The notes beneath the pieces were generated by a model, which saw nothing but the letters and a program-made list of their open reading frames with translations, was not told the origin of the DNA and ran no database searches. Shown here piece by piece: positions 1 to 11,905 of a stretch of 64,000 nucleotides of DNA. Every line of letters begins with the position of its first letter. Position 1 is the first letter of the stretch. Origin of the DNA: Macrostomum lignano (Eukaryota); contig NIVC01000093.1 of assembly GCA_002269645.1 (NCBI GenBank), positions 124,001 to 188,000 on the forward strand, read 5' to 3'. The position numbers and the translations under genes are program-made.

Positions 1-980
1 TGAGGCTTAACATCAATGGTAACACCAACACCGTTGAAATCGTTTTCGAGTGAGTGCTTACAAGACGCTTCTAAATCTTACTATTTGAACTTCCTGTTGT
101 TGGTTTACATTTGTTAAATACAACTGTTTATAGCAGGACTGAGAACTATTTCTCAGGCCTCGTTTGGGGACTGAGAAATGGTTCTCAGTCCTCCTACAAC
201 CGATAAATTATCATAGAAGATGTTGTTCCTCGGGAAAAGGATGAGACTGCGAAAGAGGCGAGAAATGCACTTTCTGTACGTTAACTCGTGTTCCTTGTAC
301 TCGTATTTATCATACACGACTATAAAACTTCTGTTGCAGCCATCGAGCGTTTTGTCTATGGTTCAGTAGGCACTTAGCCCGGTCCATTCAACCATTTCGT
401 TCCGTAACGGCCGGGTTAGCTAGCTATAGGAGGTGGGTGTGAGGGGATGGGGCAGGAGGTGTCAACGATTTCAAGCTTTCATTCATGCCTCCTGGTCTCC
501 TCATGGTCTCCTCGGTAGGAGACACGATTCAGGTCATTCCACGGTGCCCTCAGCCCACGGTGACCTCATCCCACGGTATAGCCTCATCCCACGGTGTGTT
601 CCAATGTACGCTCGTAGTTTGAGCTCAATTTAGCAGCAATCTAATTCAAAATAGTTTACCACAAAACAAGAAAAACTACTTTTTATGCAGTCAGGCATCA
701 GATTTTAAGACAGACATGAACTGAAAAGAATTCACGCGTATGGAACTGCTGAGAGGGCCTGGCTCTTTACTAAGACTAACAAATACATGCATGGGAAATT
801 TTGCAAGACTGCAGAAAAGTTAAAAAAGCTACTGTATTGCGATGATGTTGGATCTTGCAGTTGGTGATAATTCTGGATTTTCAGTTGGTGATGATAATGG
901 ATCTTCACCTAGTTAATCTTTGCTGCGCATACTAGTGCTAATCAGCATTTGCAAGTCGTCCGTCACACGGGCCAGCTTCA

Positions 981-3900
981 TCACCAGCGTCTCCCACGGG
1001 ACGCAGAGCTCCGGAACGAGGCTCTGAACTCAGTAGACCTGGTGCCACCTGCGCCGGTGGCCCTCTCGGCCAGGTAGCTGTCATAATTGGCCGATATTTT
1101 GCCCAGTTCGGCGCGTAGATTCTCCTCGAAATGCGACATCGATTCGTTGTCGGTGTCTCGCCGGCCTGGGATTAGCGGGATTGAATTTTTACTTCGGAGT
1201 CTTGTTCATGTGCAGAAGACTCTTATACTCTATCTCACAATCTACCTTACAGCAGGGTCTTTAGCACCAGGGGCTTTAGCACCAGGGGCGCCAGCACCAG
1301 GGGCGCCAGCACCAGGGGCGCCAGCACCAGGGGCGCCAGCACCAGGGGTGCCAGCACCAGGGGCGCCAGCACCAGGGGCGCCAGCACCAGGGGCGCCAGC
1401 ACCAGGGGCGCCAGCACTTGGAATCATTGGGAGAACAATAGAAGCGTCTAATGCTACTAATGCAGTAGTCTATCAACCTTGATGTAAAATGCTTTATTAA
1501 ATTTTTAACTTACTACTAGCATATAGAGCGCTGTAAGTAGTGGTACCAACAGCTCCTCCAGAGCCAATCGAAGACAGATAGTCCTCAAACTGCTCGTGCT
1601 GATGACGCTGCCTTGATGGCAGTGCCGGCCGGAAACTCACGGCCGGCAGTTCGGGATGATAGCGCCGACTTCCCGCCAAGACAGACCCCGATAGCTGACG
1701 CCCTTGGGCGTTCCGATAACTGCAGTTGCTTTCCTTATTGAGTAGGAAGATTTTATGACAGTTTTATTTAAACAAGTAAACCAATTTGTGGTGTAGCATT
1801 GAGCAGGTTTTTCAGTAAGCCTATGTTTAATGAAATGACCAAACTATACGTAAGGTCTCTTCGGTAGGAGACGCCATTCAGATCATCCTACGGTGACCTC
1901 ATCCCACGGTGACCTCATCCTACGGTGACCTCATCCTACGGTGACCTCATCCTACGGTGACCTCATCCTACGGTGACCTCATCCCACGGTGACATCCCAC
2001 GGTGACCTCATCCCACGGTGACCTCATCCCACGGTGACCTCATCCTACGGTGACCTCATCCTACGGTGACCTCATCCTACGGTGACCTCATCCTACGGTG
2101 ACCTCATCCTACGGTGACCTCATCCTACGGTGACCTCATCCTACGGTGACCTCATCCTACGGTGACCTCATCCTACGGTGACCTCATCCTACGGTGACCT
2201 CATCCTACGGTGACCTCATCCTACGGTGACCTCATCCTACGGTGACCTCATCCTACGGTGACCTCATCCTACGGTGACCTCATCCTACGGTGACCTCATC
2301 CTACGGTGACCTCATCCCACGGTGACATCCCACGGTGACCTCATCCCACGGTGACCTCATCCCACGGTGACCTCATCCTACGGTGACCTCATCCTACGGT
2401 GACCTCATCCTACGGTGACCTCATCCTACGGTGACCTCATCCTACGGTGACCTCATCCCACGGTGACATCCCACGGTGACCTCATCCCACGGTGACCTCA
2501 TCCCACGGTGACCTCATCCTACGGTGACCTCATCCTACGGTGACCTCATCCTACGGTGACCTCATCCTACGGTGACCTCATCCTACGGTGACCTCATCCT
2601 ACGGTGACCTCATCCCACGGTGACCTCATCCCACGGTGACCTCATCCCACGGCGTCCGCGTGTATCCCTGTGTATAAAATTTTGAGCAGGACATCTTAGC
2701 GCCGCTTTCCGAGGAGCGAAGTTGAGAGTTTGATAAACGGCTTACCAATTTTATTTTCTCCAATTCTTCAAGCTGATGCCGGAGCCTTTTGGCCACATCA
2801 ATGGCTGCTTGGCAGACGAGACTTGCTGGCACCAGTCCCTTGTCCAGGGCCCGCTGTAGAATGGCTTCGCTGCATCTGTTCAGATTCAGGGCATCGAATA
2901 CTTGCTGACGCTCTGACTCGGGCGGCGACGGATCAGCTGGGGGATCACAGTATGTACAGCACGGAGATTATTGGCGAATTCGAATAATCCTAGGAAACGT
3001 CTTTAGCAGTCAGTCCCAAACCAATCCTTCACAAACTAATTCTTCACAAACCAATGCTTCACAAACCAATACTTCACAAACCAATGCTTCACAAACCAAT
3101 ACTTCACAAACCAATGCTTCACAAACCAATGCTTCACAAAACAATACTTCACAAATCAATGCTTCACAAACCAATGCTTCACAAACCAATGCTTCACAAA
3201 CCAGTCCTTCACAAACCAATCCTTCACAAACCAATCCTTCACAAACCAATCCTTCACAAACCATTGCTTCACAAACCATTGCTTCACAAACCAATCCTTC
3301 ACAAACCAATCCTTCACAAACCATTGCTTCACAAACCAATACTTCACAAACCAATGCTTCACAAACCAATACTTCACAAACCAATCCTTCACAAACCAAT
3401 CCTTCACAAACCAATCCTTCACAAACAAATCCTTCACAAACCAATCCTTCACAAATCAATACTTCACAAACCATTGCTTCACAAACCAATCCTTCACAAA
3501 CCAATCCTTCACAAACCAATGCTTCACAAACCATTGCTTCACAAACTAATCCTTCACAAACCAGTCCTTCACAAACCAGTCCTTCACAAACCAATCCTTC
3601 ACAAACCATTGCTTCACAAACCATTGCTTCACAAACCAATACTTCACAAACCAATGCTTCACAAACCAATACTTCACAAACCAATCCTTCACAAACCAAT
3701 CCTTCACAAACCAATCCTTCACAAACCAGTCCTTCACAAGCAGACTGGCTCACCAGAGAGCAGGGCCTCGGCCGCCTCGTACAGAGTATCGTGGCTGGTC
3801 CGATAGTCTGGCGGCATGCTGGCTGCCAGTTTGATAAAGTCGGCCACAGGAAGCCCCCCAGCCCGGGCCAGATCCAGCAGGTGACAGTCAATCACGCACG

Positions 3901-5131
3901 AGAGGACTTCGGGCACAACGCCGTCATTTTTCACAGTGTTCTCCACAATCTCGCACAGTACAGGGGCCGGCGTGTCTCTGAGTTCGTCCTGGGTGAAGCG
4001 GTGCAGCGCGCCGCCCGCCAGTTGCAGCAGTTTGGCGCGACACTCCGGGCTGGCCGTCTCGCTAACGCGAAGCGCTCGTCGAATCCAATCGGCATTGATC
4101 GACTCGGACAGCGGCGTGTCCGCTGGCAGGGCGAGAATCACCCTGTCGAGTACTTCGACGCCGGATTCTCTGGTTAACTGCTCACTGGATTTTTCGTCGG
4201 CTTGTTTATCCAATCGGTCGTCGTGGTCCTCTTCCTGGTCTTTGTGATCATCTTTTTCCGCGTCGGCCTCGCGCTCCGGTGGCGTTGGCGCCTGCTGCGG
4301 CGGGTTCAGGTGCTGGCTGAAAGCTTGATCCAGGTAGCGGGCGGCCAGCTCAGCCAGCGGTCGTCGACGCAGATGGGCGTTCGTTTCGGCGTTCAACTCG
4401 TCCTCGGTAGTGGTGGCAGCCGCGGCTGAAGACGAATCTGACGGGCAGACAGCTTGGATCAGTTGAAGGAATCGAGGCAAAGGCAGGCTCAGCAGATGAT
4501 TCTCAGTGTCGCGCTGCTGCTGCTGCTGCTGCCTGCTGGAGTACGGAGAAGAGAAGACGCGGTAGTGGTGATGGTGCCGGTAGAAGCGCTCGTCACTATC
4601 AGAGCTGAGCGCGGCAGCGGCAGCCGCCGAAGCCTCTGCCCGATGCCAGATGTCCAGCAGCGCGGCGAGACACCTCTCTGGAAGTTTCGTTTCGTCAGTT
4701 GGCCGACCGATGGAGCCGCAGCTGGTCAGCAGGTCGACAATGGGGCCGGCCGATTGGCCGACCTTGGCCGAATCAAGCAGCTCGCTGAGGTACCGGTCAG
4801 TCAGGTCGGCCAGGTTGCCTCGGCCGCGCATTGCCAGCCGTTCGGCCGCGCAGTGCAGTTGGACGACATTGTCCGGCGAGATGTCGATTCGTTTGTTGTA
4901 GCAGAAATCGGCAATCAAGTTGAAGCAATCGGCCCCGCCGGGAAAGTCCGATTCGAGTTCGAGCTCGGACACACTGGAATCGGCCAGGAGTTCGCGGAAT
5001 CGGTCAGATTTGATGAAGAGCGGGAACCGGTGCAGCTTCCACTCAGATTTGACGCCGTCAGCGGCAAGTCGGACCGTGAGGTCGGAGAGTTCACCAGAGT
5101 CTCGGTAGCGGAGAAGATCTTGGACTGGCAT
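981..5131 (-). CDS. BTB/POZ + NPH3-domain protein (NPH3/RPT2-like), ~657 aa, 4 coding exons
   Basis: Exons (minus) 5131-3754, 2936-2746, 1733-1514, 1165-981; all GT-AG, phases 1/0/1 consistent, total 1974 nt. BTB motifs LHRFPLFIKS, FPGGADCFNLIADFCY, NVVQLHCAAERLAM, GNLADLTDRYL. NPH3-type C-terminal motifs VIDCHLLDLA...DFIKLAASMPPDYRTSHDTLYEAAEALL and ESERQQVFDALNLNRCSEAILQRALDKGLVP. An acceptor at 5167-5169 implies an upstream exon or trans-splicing; the start Met (5131) and the last two exons are less certain. Confidence 0.85.
1262..1417. repeat. 15-bp minisatellite (GCACCAGGGGCGCCA), ~10 copies, BTB gene intron 3
   Basis: Tandem units read directly. Confidence 0.95.
1884..2652. repeat. 16-bp minisatellite (CGGTGACCTCATCCTA), ~48 copies, BTB gene intron 2
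   Basis: Tandem units read directly, with CCTA/CCCA variants. Confidence 0.97.
3020..3740. repeat. 15-bp minisatellite (CTTCACAAACCAATN), ~48 copies, BTB gene intron 1
   Basis: Tandem units; source of the spurious LHKPI/VCEGL ORFs. Confidence 0.97.
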
Positions 5132-5629
5132 GGCTGCAGCTCTCGCACTCTGTCCTGTGGGTCGCCCTGTTGAACAGACAGAGGCAGGGATAATATGACA
5201 GGGAAGAATGAAAGAACGGGCAGAAGAGGAAGGAGCAGGAAGAGGTGGTGGGCTGAGAGAGCTGCTCAAGGAGACCTTGTCTACATCTAGACTTTAGTCA
5301 TATTTTCATAAATACACACTAATATAAATTATCACAATTAGCGGTTTGGTTTAACCCATGATTAAGCTAGTTGAGCTAGTGCTGATGGAAGCCTTGACAA
5401 ACTTCTAGTAAAATTAAAATTAGGAATATAAATTAACTAGCTTCCATTTCAGTCTACATTTGTCACTCCAAGTTCTGGTGCTTGATCTCCATGCTCGATT
5501 TCCATGCTTCACCTGTGCATTCTAAACTGTACTTTTTTCTATGGAGGAGCGGGGAGTAAAACCGGAAAAAATGTCGTTCCCAAGGGAACAGAGTACGTGC
5601 ACTGTACACTCGCTTTTACAATTGATCCT

Positions 5630-5632
<3 letters not shown>

Positions 5633-5694
<62 letters not shown>

Positions 5695-5695
5695 T
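5633..5695. repeat. (GA)n microsatellite
   Basis: Read directly. Confidence 0.95.
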
Positions 5696-5825
5696 GCAAT
5701 CCCAGATGTAGCTGGCAACAGAGCTTTCACGTCTTCCTAACGATCCCCGTAACTTTACCACGTTGTCCTTAGAGTCCAGTCCGTAAGAGGCTGCCTTGAG
5801 ATTAGTGATTTTTCTGCTTAGTGTG

Positions 5826-6302
5826 TCAGGATTGACGATTAATGAGTCAGGATTGAGGATTAATGAGTCAGGATTGAGGATTAATGAGTCAGAATTGACG
5901 ATTAGTGAGTCAGGATTGACGATTAATGAGTCAGGATTGAGGATTAATGAGTCAGGATTGACGATTAGTGAGTCGGGATTGACGATTAATGAGTCGGGAT
6001 TGACAATTAATGAGTCAAGATTGACAATTAATGAGTCAGGATTGAGGATTAATGAGTCAGGATTGACGATTAATGAGTCAGGATTGACGATTAGTGAGTC
6101 AGGATTGACGATTAGTGAGTCGGGATTGACGATTAATGAGTCAGGATTGACGATTAGTGAGTCGGGATTGACGATTAATGAGTCAGGATTGACGATTAGT
6201 GAGTCGGGATTGACGATTAATGAGTCGGGATTGACGATTAATGAGTCAGGATTGACAATTAATGAGTCAGGATTGACAATTAATGAGTCAGGATTGACGA
6301 TT
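5826..6302. repeat. 21-bp minisatellite (TCAGGATTGACGATTAATGAG), ~23 copies
   Basis: Tandem units read directly. Confidence 0.95.
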
Positions 6303-6799
6303 ATCATTGACGACCCTTTCTGTGTCAGGAACTGCCGGATGTTTTGCGTCAATAGTGCCAGTCAGTGCCTTTTTGTGCGACAACTTGAGCAATGAAGATG
6401 ATCAAGGGGCAGAGAATCCGATAAGGTTGACAGGGGTGAGGCTTAAGTAAATTATTCAGGTCGGACTTTTCTCTTGGGATAATGCAGTTCTCTGACTCTC
6501 TATCTACTAGGCTCATTTCCCAAGGGAAGTGTGATTCGAAGAGCAGGCCTCGGACATAACTGTGGCATTTCTATTGGAGAAGCAAATTTATATTGTACTT
6601 TCTTGCTATCTGAAGGAAATGACGCCTCTCTGACTGCAGCATTTTCTGTCTTCAGGCGTTAATTTTTAATCAGGGGCCTTTCACGATGCATTAGTGTAAT
6701 AACCTCTGAGTCTGCTGATTCATGCGTGCGCAATATAGTTTATGGCCTAACCTGACCTTTCTTCCTTTTAATATTGATGATTCTCCGATAATAGTTTCA

Positions 6800-7030
6800 T
6801 CTATCTCTGTCCATCCCTCTCTTTCTCTATCTATCCCTCTCTATCCCTATCTACCGCTTTCAATCGCTCTCTATCCCTCTCTATCTCTATCTATCCATCT
6901 CTATCCCTCTCTATCCCTCGCTATCTCTCTCTATCCCTCGCTATCTCTCTCTTTCCATCTCTATCCCTCTCTACCCCTCGCTATCCCTCTATCCCTGTCT
7001 ATTTCTCTCTATCTTGCTATCCCTCTTCAT
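6800..7030. repeat. CT/CTAT-rich low-complexity repeat
   Basis: Recurrent CTATCCCTCT motifs. Confidence 0.8.
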
Positions 7031-7920
7031 CACTAATTATGACGCTAAACTTGTTCGCATGTTAAATTTCTTATTTACTTATTCGCAGACACACACAAAT
7101 TACTTACATTCCCAATGGCATTATTCAGGCCAAAACCGTCAAAGCTGTCATTTTTTGTTACATATTTATTCCAGACAGCTGACTAGATTAATACTGAGAA
7201 ATGACATTCCGGATTGGGGTTTTTCTTGTCTTTTTAGCTATTTTTCTGGTCAAAAAAAATCAATTTCGTGTGCATGCACCATTCGGACTCGAAAGCGAGG
7301 GGAGTATAGTCTGTGAGCTTGGGCTGGGGCTAGAAAATCAATGCTCCACAGATAGACTCAAGTGAAGAGGGAGGTTGCTAGGCTAGAAGGGACACGGCTA
7401 GAGAAGAATTGAGGTCCTCTGAGGACCTGGGCGAAGTCCCACCATCCTTAAGGGCGCACAGAGAGAGAGAGGGGAATATTAGATGGGTTGAGCCTCCCCC
7501 GGGGGCCACTCCACGGGAAAATGAGAGACAGAGATGAAAGTAGAATTGAGCAGGGAACAGGGGCGAAGTGTAGATAGTGGAAAATAGAATTACGCATAGT
7601 TGTAAGCAAGGCTTTGGCTGACTAGGATGTATAACTCGTTTACTCAGTAAGACTTGAGGCGACTAGCTGACCAAAGCTTTTACAGCAAGTTTTATCTCGG
7701 CGCAATAAACTTGCTGAGGATATCCTGTTCTCCGCGGGGATTTTATCGACTGGAAGTTTTGCTTCAATCGTTTTTCTAGCTTCATGCGTAACACTAAACC
7801 AAAAATGGGTTTTTTCAGATAGAGTAGATATTGACAAAGTGCAGATGAGAAACCGCGAGTAGCATGGAGATTTGTGGATTCTTTTGGCAAAACTGGATAG
7901 TGCTTTAGTGCCTCAGGGCC

Positions 7921-8535
7921 TCAGTGTCTGAGTGTCTCATTGTCTCAGTGTCTCACAGTCTCAGTGTCTCAGTGTCTGAGTGTCTCATTGTCTCAGTGTC
8001 TCACAGTCTCAGTGTCTCAGTGTCTCACAGTCTCAGTGTCCCAGTGTCTCAGTGTCTCAGTCTCAGTGTCCCAGTGTCTCAGTGTCTCAGTGTCTCAGTC
8101 TCAGTGTCCCAGTGTCTCAGTGTCTCAGTGTCTCAGTGTCTCACAGTCTCAGTGTCTCAGTGTCTCAGTGTCTCAGTCTCAGTGTCCCAGTGTCTCAGTG
8201 TCTCAGTGTCTCAGTCTCAGTGTCTCACAGTCTCAGTGTCTCAGTGTCTCAGTGTCTCAGTCTCAGTGTCCCAGTGTCTCAGTGTCTCAGTGTCTCAGTG
8301 TCTCAGTGTCTCAGTGTCTCAGTGTCTCAGTGTCTCAGTGTCTCAGTGTCCCAGTGTCTCAGTGTCTCAGTGTCTCAGTGTCTCACAGTCTCAGTGTCTC
8401 AGTGTCTCAGTGTCTCAGTCTCAGTGTCCCAGTGTCTCAGTGTCTCAGTGTCTCAGTGTCTCAGTGTCTCAGTGTCTCAGTGTCTCAGTGTCTCAGTGCC
8501 CCAGTGTCTCAGTCTCTCAGTGTCTCAGTGCCTCA
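7921..8535. repeat. 8-bp-based satellite (TCAGTGTC) with variants
   Basis: Read directly. Confidence 0.95.
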
Positions 8536-9127
8536 GGCCCGCAGTGCAGTGCCTTAGGGTTTCAGTGACTTGGTGTTTATATTTTTAGTGTTCTATACTG
8601 TCTGAAAAGTCTATAAGTTATGTTTTTATGGCGGATTAGAACAACATAAAGTTCCAATGTCGTTTAGTCCCTCTGTCTCGTCGTAATAATGTTAGGTTAG
8701 TGTCGGGTTCCTCGCATCAAAGCCTTACAATCTCAGTAAAAGCTCTGAGCCTCATGGCTGACTGTTTAGCAGCTTCAGCGCCACTGACCTGAGAGTAAAC
8801 TCGAACATGCCGGACTCTCCAGTCCGCCTCAGGGAAAGAGGCGGGCTGCAACCGTGAGGCAGATCCTGAAAGACGCAGAAACAGGATCTGGAGACGAGGT
8901 TGAGAAGATGGAGAGAGAGAGAGAGCCAAAGAGAGGGGAGGAAGCGGACTGAGCCGGGGGCCGAGGATATGAAGGGGTCACATATAGGAGAGAAAAATCT
9001 TCGAGGTGGAAGGACTGAGACGCGTATGTAAAAACGCATTCGAACCATACCTCTCTCTCAAGCTGTCTTCATCGGTGTCATATTTAATAGCTATAGTTGA
9101 CTTTTAGCTTCTCAAAACTCAGATATA

Positions 9128-10021
9128 ATGGTGTCTAAGCAGCACTTTGCCGCAGTCCTGACCAGCCTGGCAGCCTTCACAGTGTTGGCGGCCCTGACCA
9201 GCGGTCAGTCAGGCAAGTCCGAACTGCCAGACTGTCCCAGCAACGAGTCAGTTTGCAACGCTGTGCTGCACTTCCCGGACAGAATAGTGGATCAGGGCCG
9301 CTACTGCAACGGCTGCGTGAACTGCGCCCTACCGTCGGCTGAGTCGGACATCCCGGGCACTCTCGCCGCGATGTCCGAGCGCAGCTTCTACTGGCAGCAC
9401 TGGGAGGACCCCAACATGCGAGTGCAGTTCGTCAAGTGCAGCCCGATGCCCAAGCGAGCCAGGTGCAGCCTCGCCGACCAGAAACCGGCGGCGGTCTTTG
9501 CCAGCCCGATGTCCACCTGGAGTCCCCGGCTGCTGCAGTACCGCTGCAACTGCCCGGACGCCCAGTTCCAGCTGAGGTCCTGGCGGCCGGCCGAGAATGG
9601 CGCCGACTGGCACTACGACTTCCACTGCCACCTGCCTGTCTGCTCGGTGGCAACCGCCGACAGCGAAGGAACCCCTGCAGCTGGCCTCGACTCGACTCGT
9701 CGCGACGCCGACGATGACGTTTGCGTTGTGAAACGTCGTGCCAGCGAGAATTCGCCATCTAGCGTGGAGTTCAAGTGCACCTGTCCGCCCGAGTATCACT
9801 GCGTTATCAAGGAGGTTCAAACGAAGAAGCCGGCTTCAGAGCATCAGGGACACGCCGGCGGAGGCGGCGGTGGCGTCGGCGGCGGAGGAGACGGCGGAGG
9901 AGGCGGCAGCGGAGACGAGTCGGAATGGAGGGCCGACCCAGTGGGCGGCGGGCAGATCAGCCGGCGAAGATGCCAGAAGACGCACCATCAGAGCGGGGCG
10001 AACTCGACCACCGGGCATTGA
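9128..10021 (+). CDS. Secreted cysteine-rich protein, Argos/giant-lens-like (297 aa, single coding exon)
   Basis: Uninterrupted GC-rich ORF. N-terminal signal peptide (MVSKQHFAAVLTSLAAFTVLAALTSG). 16 Cys in the order LPDC..SVC..YCNGC..NC..VKC..ARC..RCNCP..FHC..PVC..DVC..KCTCP..YHC..RRC, matching my recollection of the Drosophila Argos pattern. The ORF is secure; the family assignment is inference. Confidence 0.7.
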   Translation: MVSKQHFAAVLTSLAAFTVLAALTSGQSGKSELPDCPSNESVCNAVLHFPDRIVDQGRYCNGCVNCALPSAESDIPGTLAAMSERSFYWQHWEDPNMRVQFVKCSPMPKRARCSLADQKPAAVFASPMSTWSPRLLQYRCNCPDAQFQLRSWRPAENGADWHYDFHCHLPVCSVATADSEGTPAAGLDSTRRDADDDVCVVKRRASENSPSSVEFKCTCPPEYHCVIKEVQTKKPASEHQGHAGGGGGGVGGGGDGGGGGSGDESEWRADPVGGGQISRRRCQKTHHQSGANSTTGH

Positions 10022-10024
10022 GTA

Positions 10025-10385
10025 ATTGGTTGATTGATTTATTGGTTAGTTGATTGATTGAGTAAATTGATTTGATTTATTGATTGGCTGATTGATTGGT
10101 TAGTTGATTGATTGATCAATTGATTGGTTGGTTGATTGGTTTGTTGATTTATTGATTAATTGATTGGTTGGTTAATTGATCGATTGGTTGGTTGATTGAT
10201 TGATCAATTGGTTAGTTGATTGTCCGATCAATTGGTTAGTTGATTGTCCGATCAATTGGTTAGTTGATTGTACGATCAATTGGTTAGTTAATTGTCCGAT
10301 CAATTGGTTAGTTAATTGTCCGATCAATTGGTTAGTAGATTGACTTATTAATTGGTTGGTTGGTGGATTTATGGATTGATTAATC
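10025..10385. repeat. GATTG/GGTT low-complexity repeat just 3' of the Argos-like stop
   Basis: Includes several GATTGTCCGATCAATTGGTTAGTT-type units. Confidence 0.85.
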
Positions 10386-11289
10386 GATTTAATGATGATT
10401 AATAAATTTAGAGGCTGACTAACAACGAAGGTAATTGTCAGACGATCGTTGAAACCCCCTGCGTGTATAAATTAATTATTTGTTCCTAAAAACTTGTATT
10501 ATCGTGTCTGTTAATGGTGGAAGTTGCCATCAAAGGATTAATACGTCTAAAGGGGGGGGGGGCATGAAGGTCAATAAAGGTCAATTATGACCGGTCAGCA
10601 ACTTGACATTTTATTCAGACCACAGATACTATAACCCAAAGAGTAGACACTTTTTGAGCCATAGACTATAACACAAAAATGGCTTTGAATCACCATTCAG
10701 ACTGCATGCCCAATTTCACACCCATAAACATTTGTTACTTTATCTCTCAATTTGATGTCACCCATGCATTCTGTGTTTAAATATTGCACTATTTCACAGA
10801 AAATGTCTGACAATAAGTCTTAGAAAGAATGAAGCAGAGACTCACAATTTGAAATAGTTTTAATAATCAATTTGAAAGCTGCAAACATTACTTTAAAAAA
10901 CTTGCAATTAACCTTTGAGAATTGTTTATTTTTTTAATTAACAAAAATCGCATTGTACGCATAGCAGTTGGCTTAGAATAAACCGTAAAGTGCATCAAAT
11001 TACTGAATTATGAATATGGTAAAAAATAAAAACTCTGAAAGAGCTTACATTGAAATTCTGAAACTGCTAGAAGCGCGCCAATTTGAAATTTGAATTTTTG
11101 GACAGTTTTATAAATTGTTTAAATAAGTTGGAATGGAAATGCAAACAGTGTCTTTCGCAGTAATACGTTGGTTGAAAAAGCAGATTGGGATAGTGTTATA
11201 TTTTATTTGTAGGCCACAAGAGAAATGCTAATTGCTAAGCAAATGGGTTGCTAGGGACGCTAAAACAGAAGATGCCAATGACATATTGC

Positions 11290-11570
11290 TAATAAACATT
11301 TATTGGTCGTTGCTGAGGGCTCTGGTTAAAGTACTTATGGTTGCCAAGGACTCTTGTTAGGTACCCACGGTTGTTAAGGCCTCCGGTTAGGGCAATCATG
11401 GTTGCTAAGGACTTTGGTAAAAATACACGTGGTTGCTAAGGCCTCTGGTTAGGGTGCTCATCGTTGCTAAGGCCTCTGGTTAGGGCAATCATGGTTGCTA
11501 GGGTCTCTGGTTAGGGTAATCATGGCTGTTAAGGACTTTGGTAAAGGTACACGCGGTTGCTAAGGACTCA
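11290..11570. repeat. Degenerate 31-bp tandem repeat (GGTTGCTAAGGCCTCTGGTTAGGGCAATCAT)
   Basis: 31-nt spacing of GGTTGCTAAGG. Confidence 0.8.
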
Positions 11571-11905
11571 ACCGTGTAGTTTATTTCGTTGTTGGGGGTC
11601 AGCATAGTCCAGTATTGACCCAGTGCGTCGCTAAGGACTTAGAAAACCGAATAAATAGGTTTTACTTCGCATTAGGTAAGAATGATTACAATATTATGTG
11701 TAGAAAAAATATGCCACTAAAAAACCTAACCATGACACCACCGAGATTTTCAAATAAATAGAAAAAAAACACAAATTTTTTAAAGGATGCCAATAGAAAG
11801 ACCAACGCTTTAAAACGAATAATAATAAGTGTAATTGTAGATTAAAAACTACAATTAGTATAGTAGTCAAGTTTCAGTTAGATAGATTAGCAGATTATTA
11901 AATTG

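Noticed and set aside
1087-1482. ORF with (PGAPA)n resembling elastin/collagen
   Set aside because: It is the translation of a 15-bp array lying antisense within BTB intron 3; there is no signal peptide or supported gene structure.
1497-1513. In-frame stop ending the BTB gene in exon 3
   Set aside because: A GTAAGT donor at 1513 joins in phase to a coding-like exon at 1165-981, so splicing is preferred; a shorter isoform cannot be excluded.
1884-2652. CRISPR-like appearance of regular arrays here and elsewhere
   Set aside because: Units are head-to-tail with no unique spacers, there are no cas genes, and the context is eukaryotic.
3010-3891. Long ORFs (VCEGL)n / (LHKPI)n
   Set aside because: Stop-free translations of an intronic 15-bp array.
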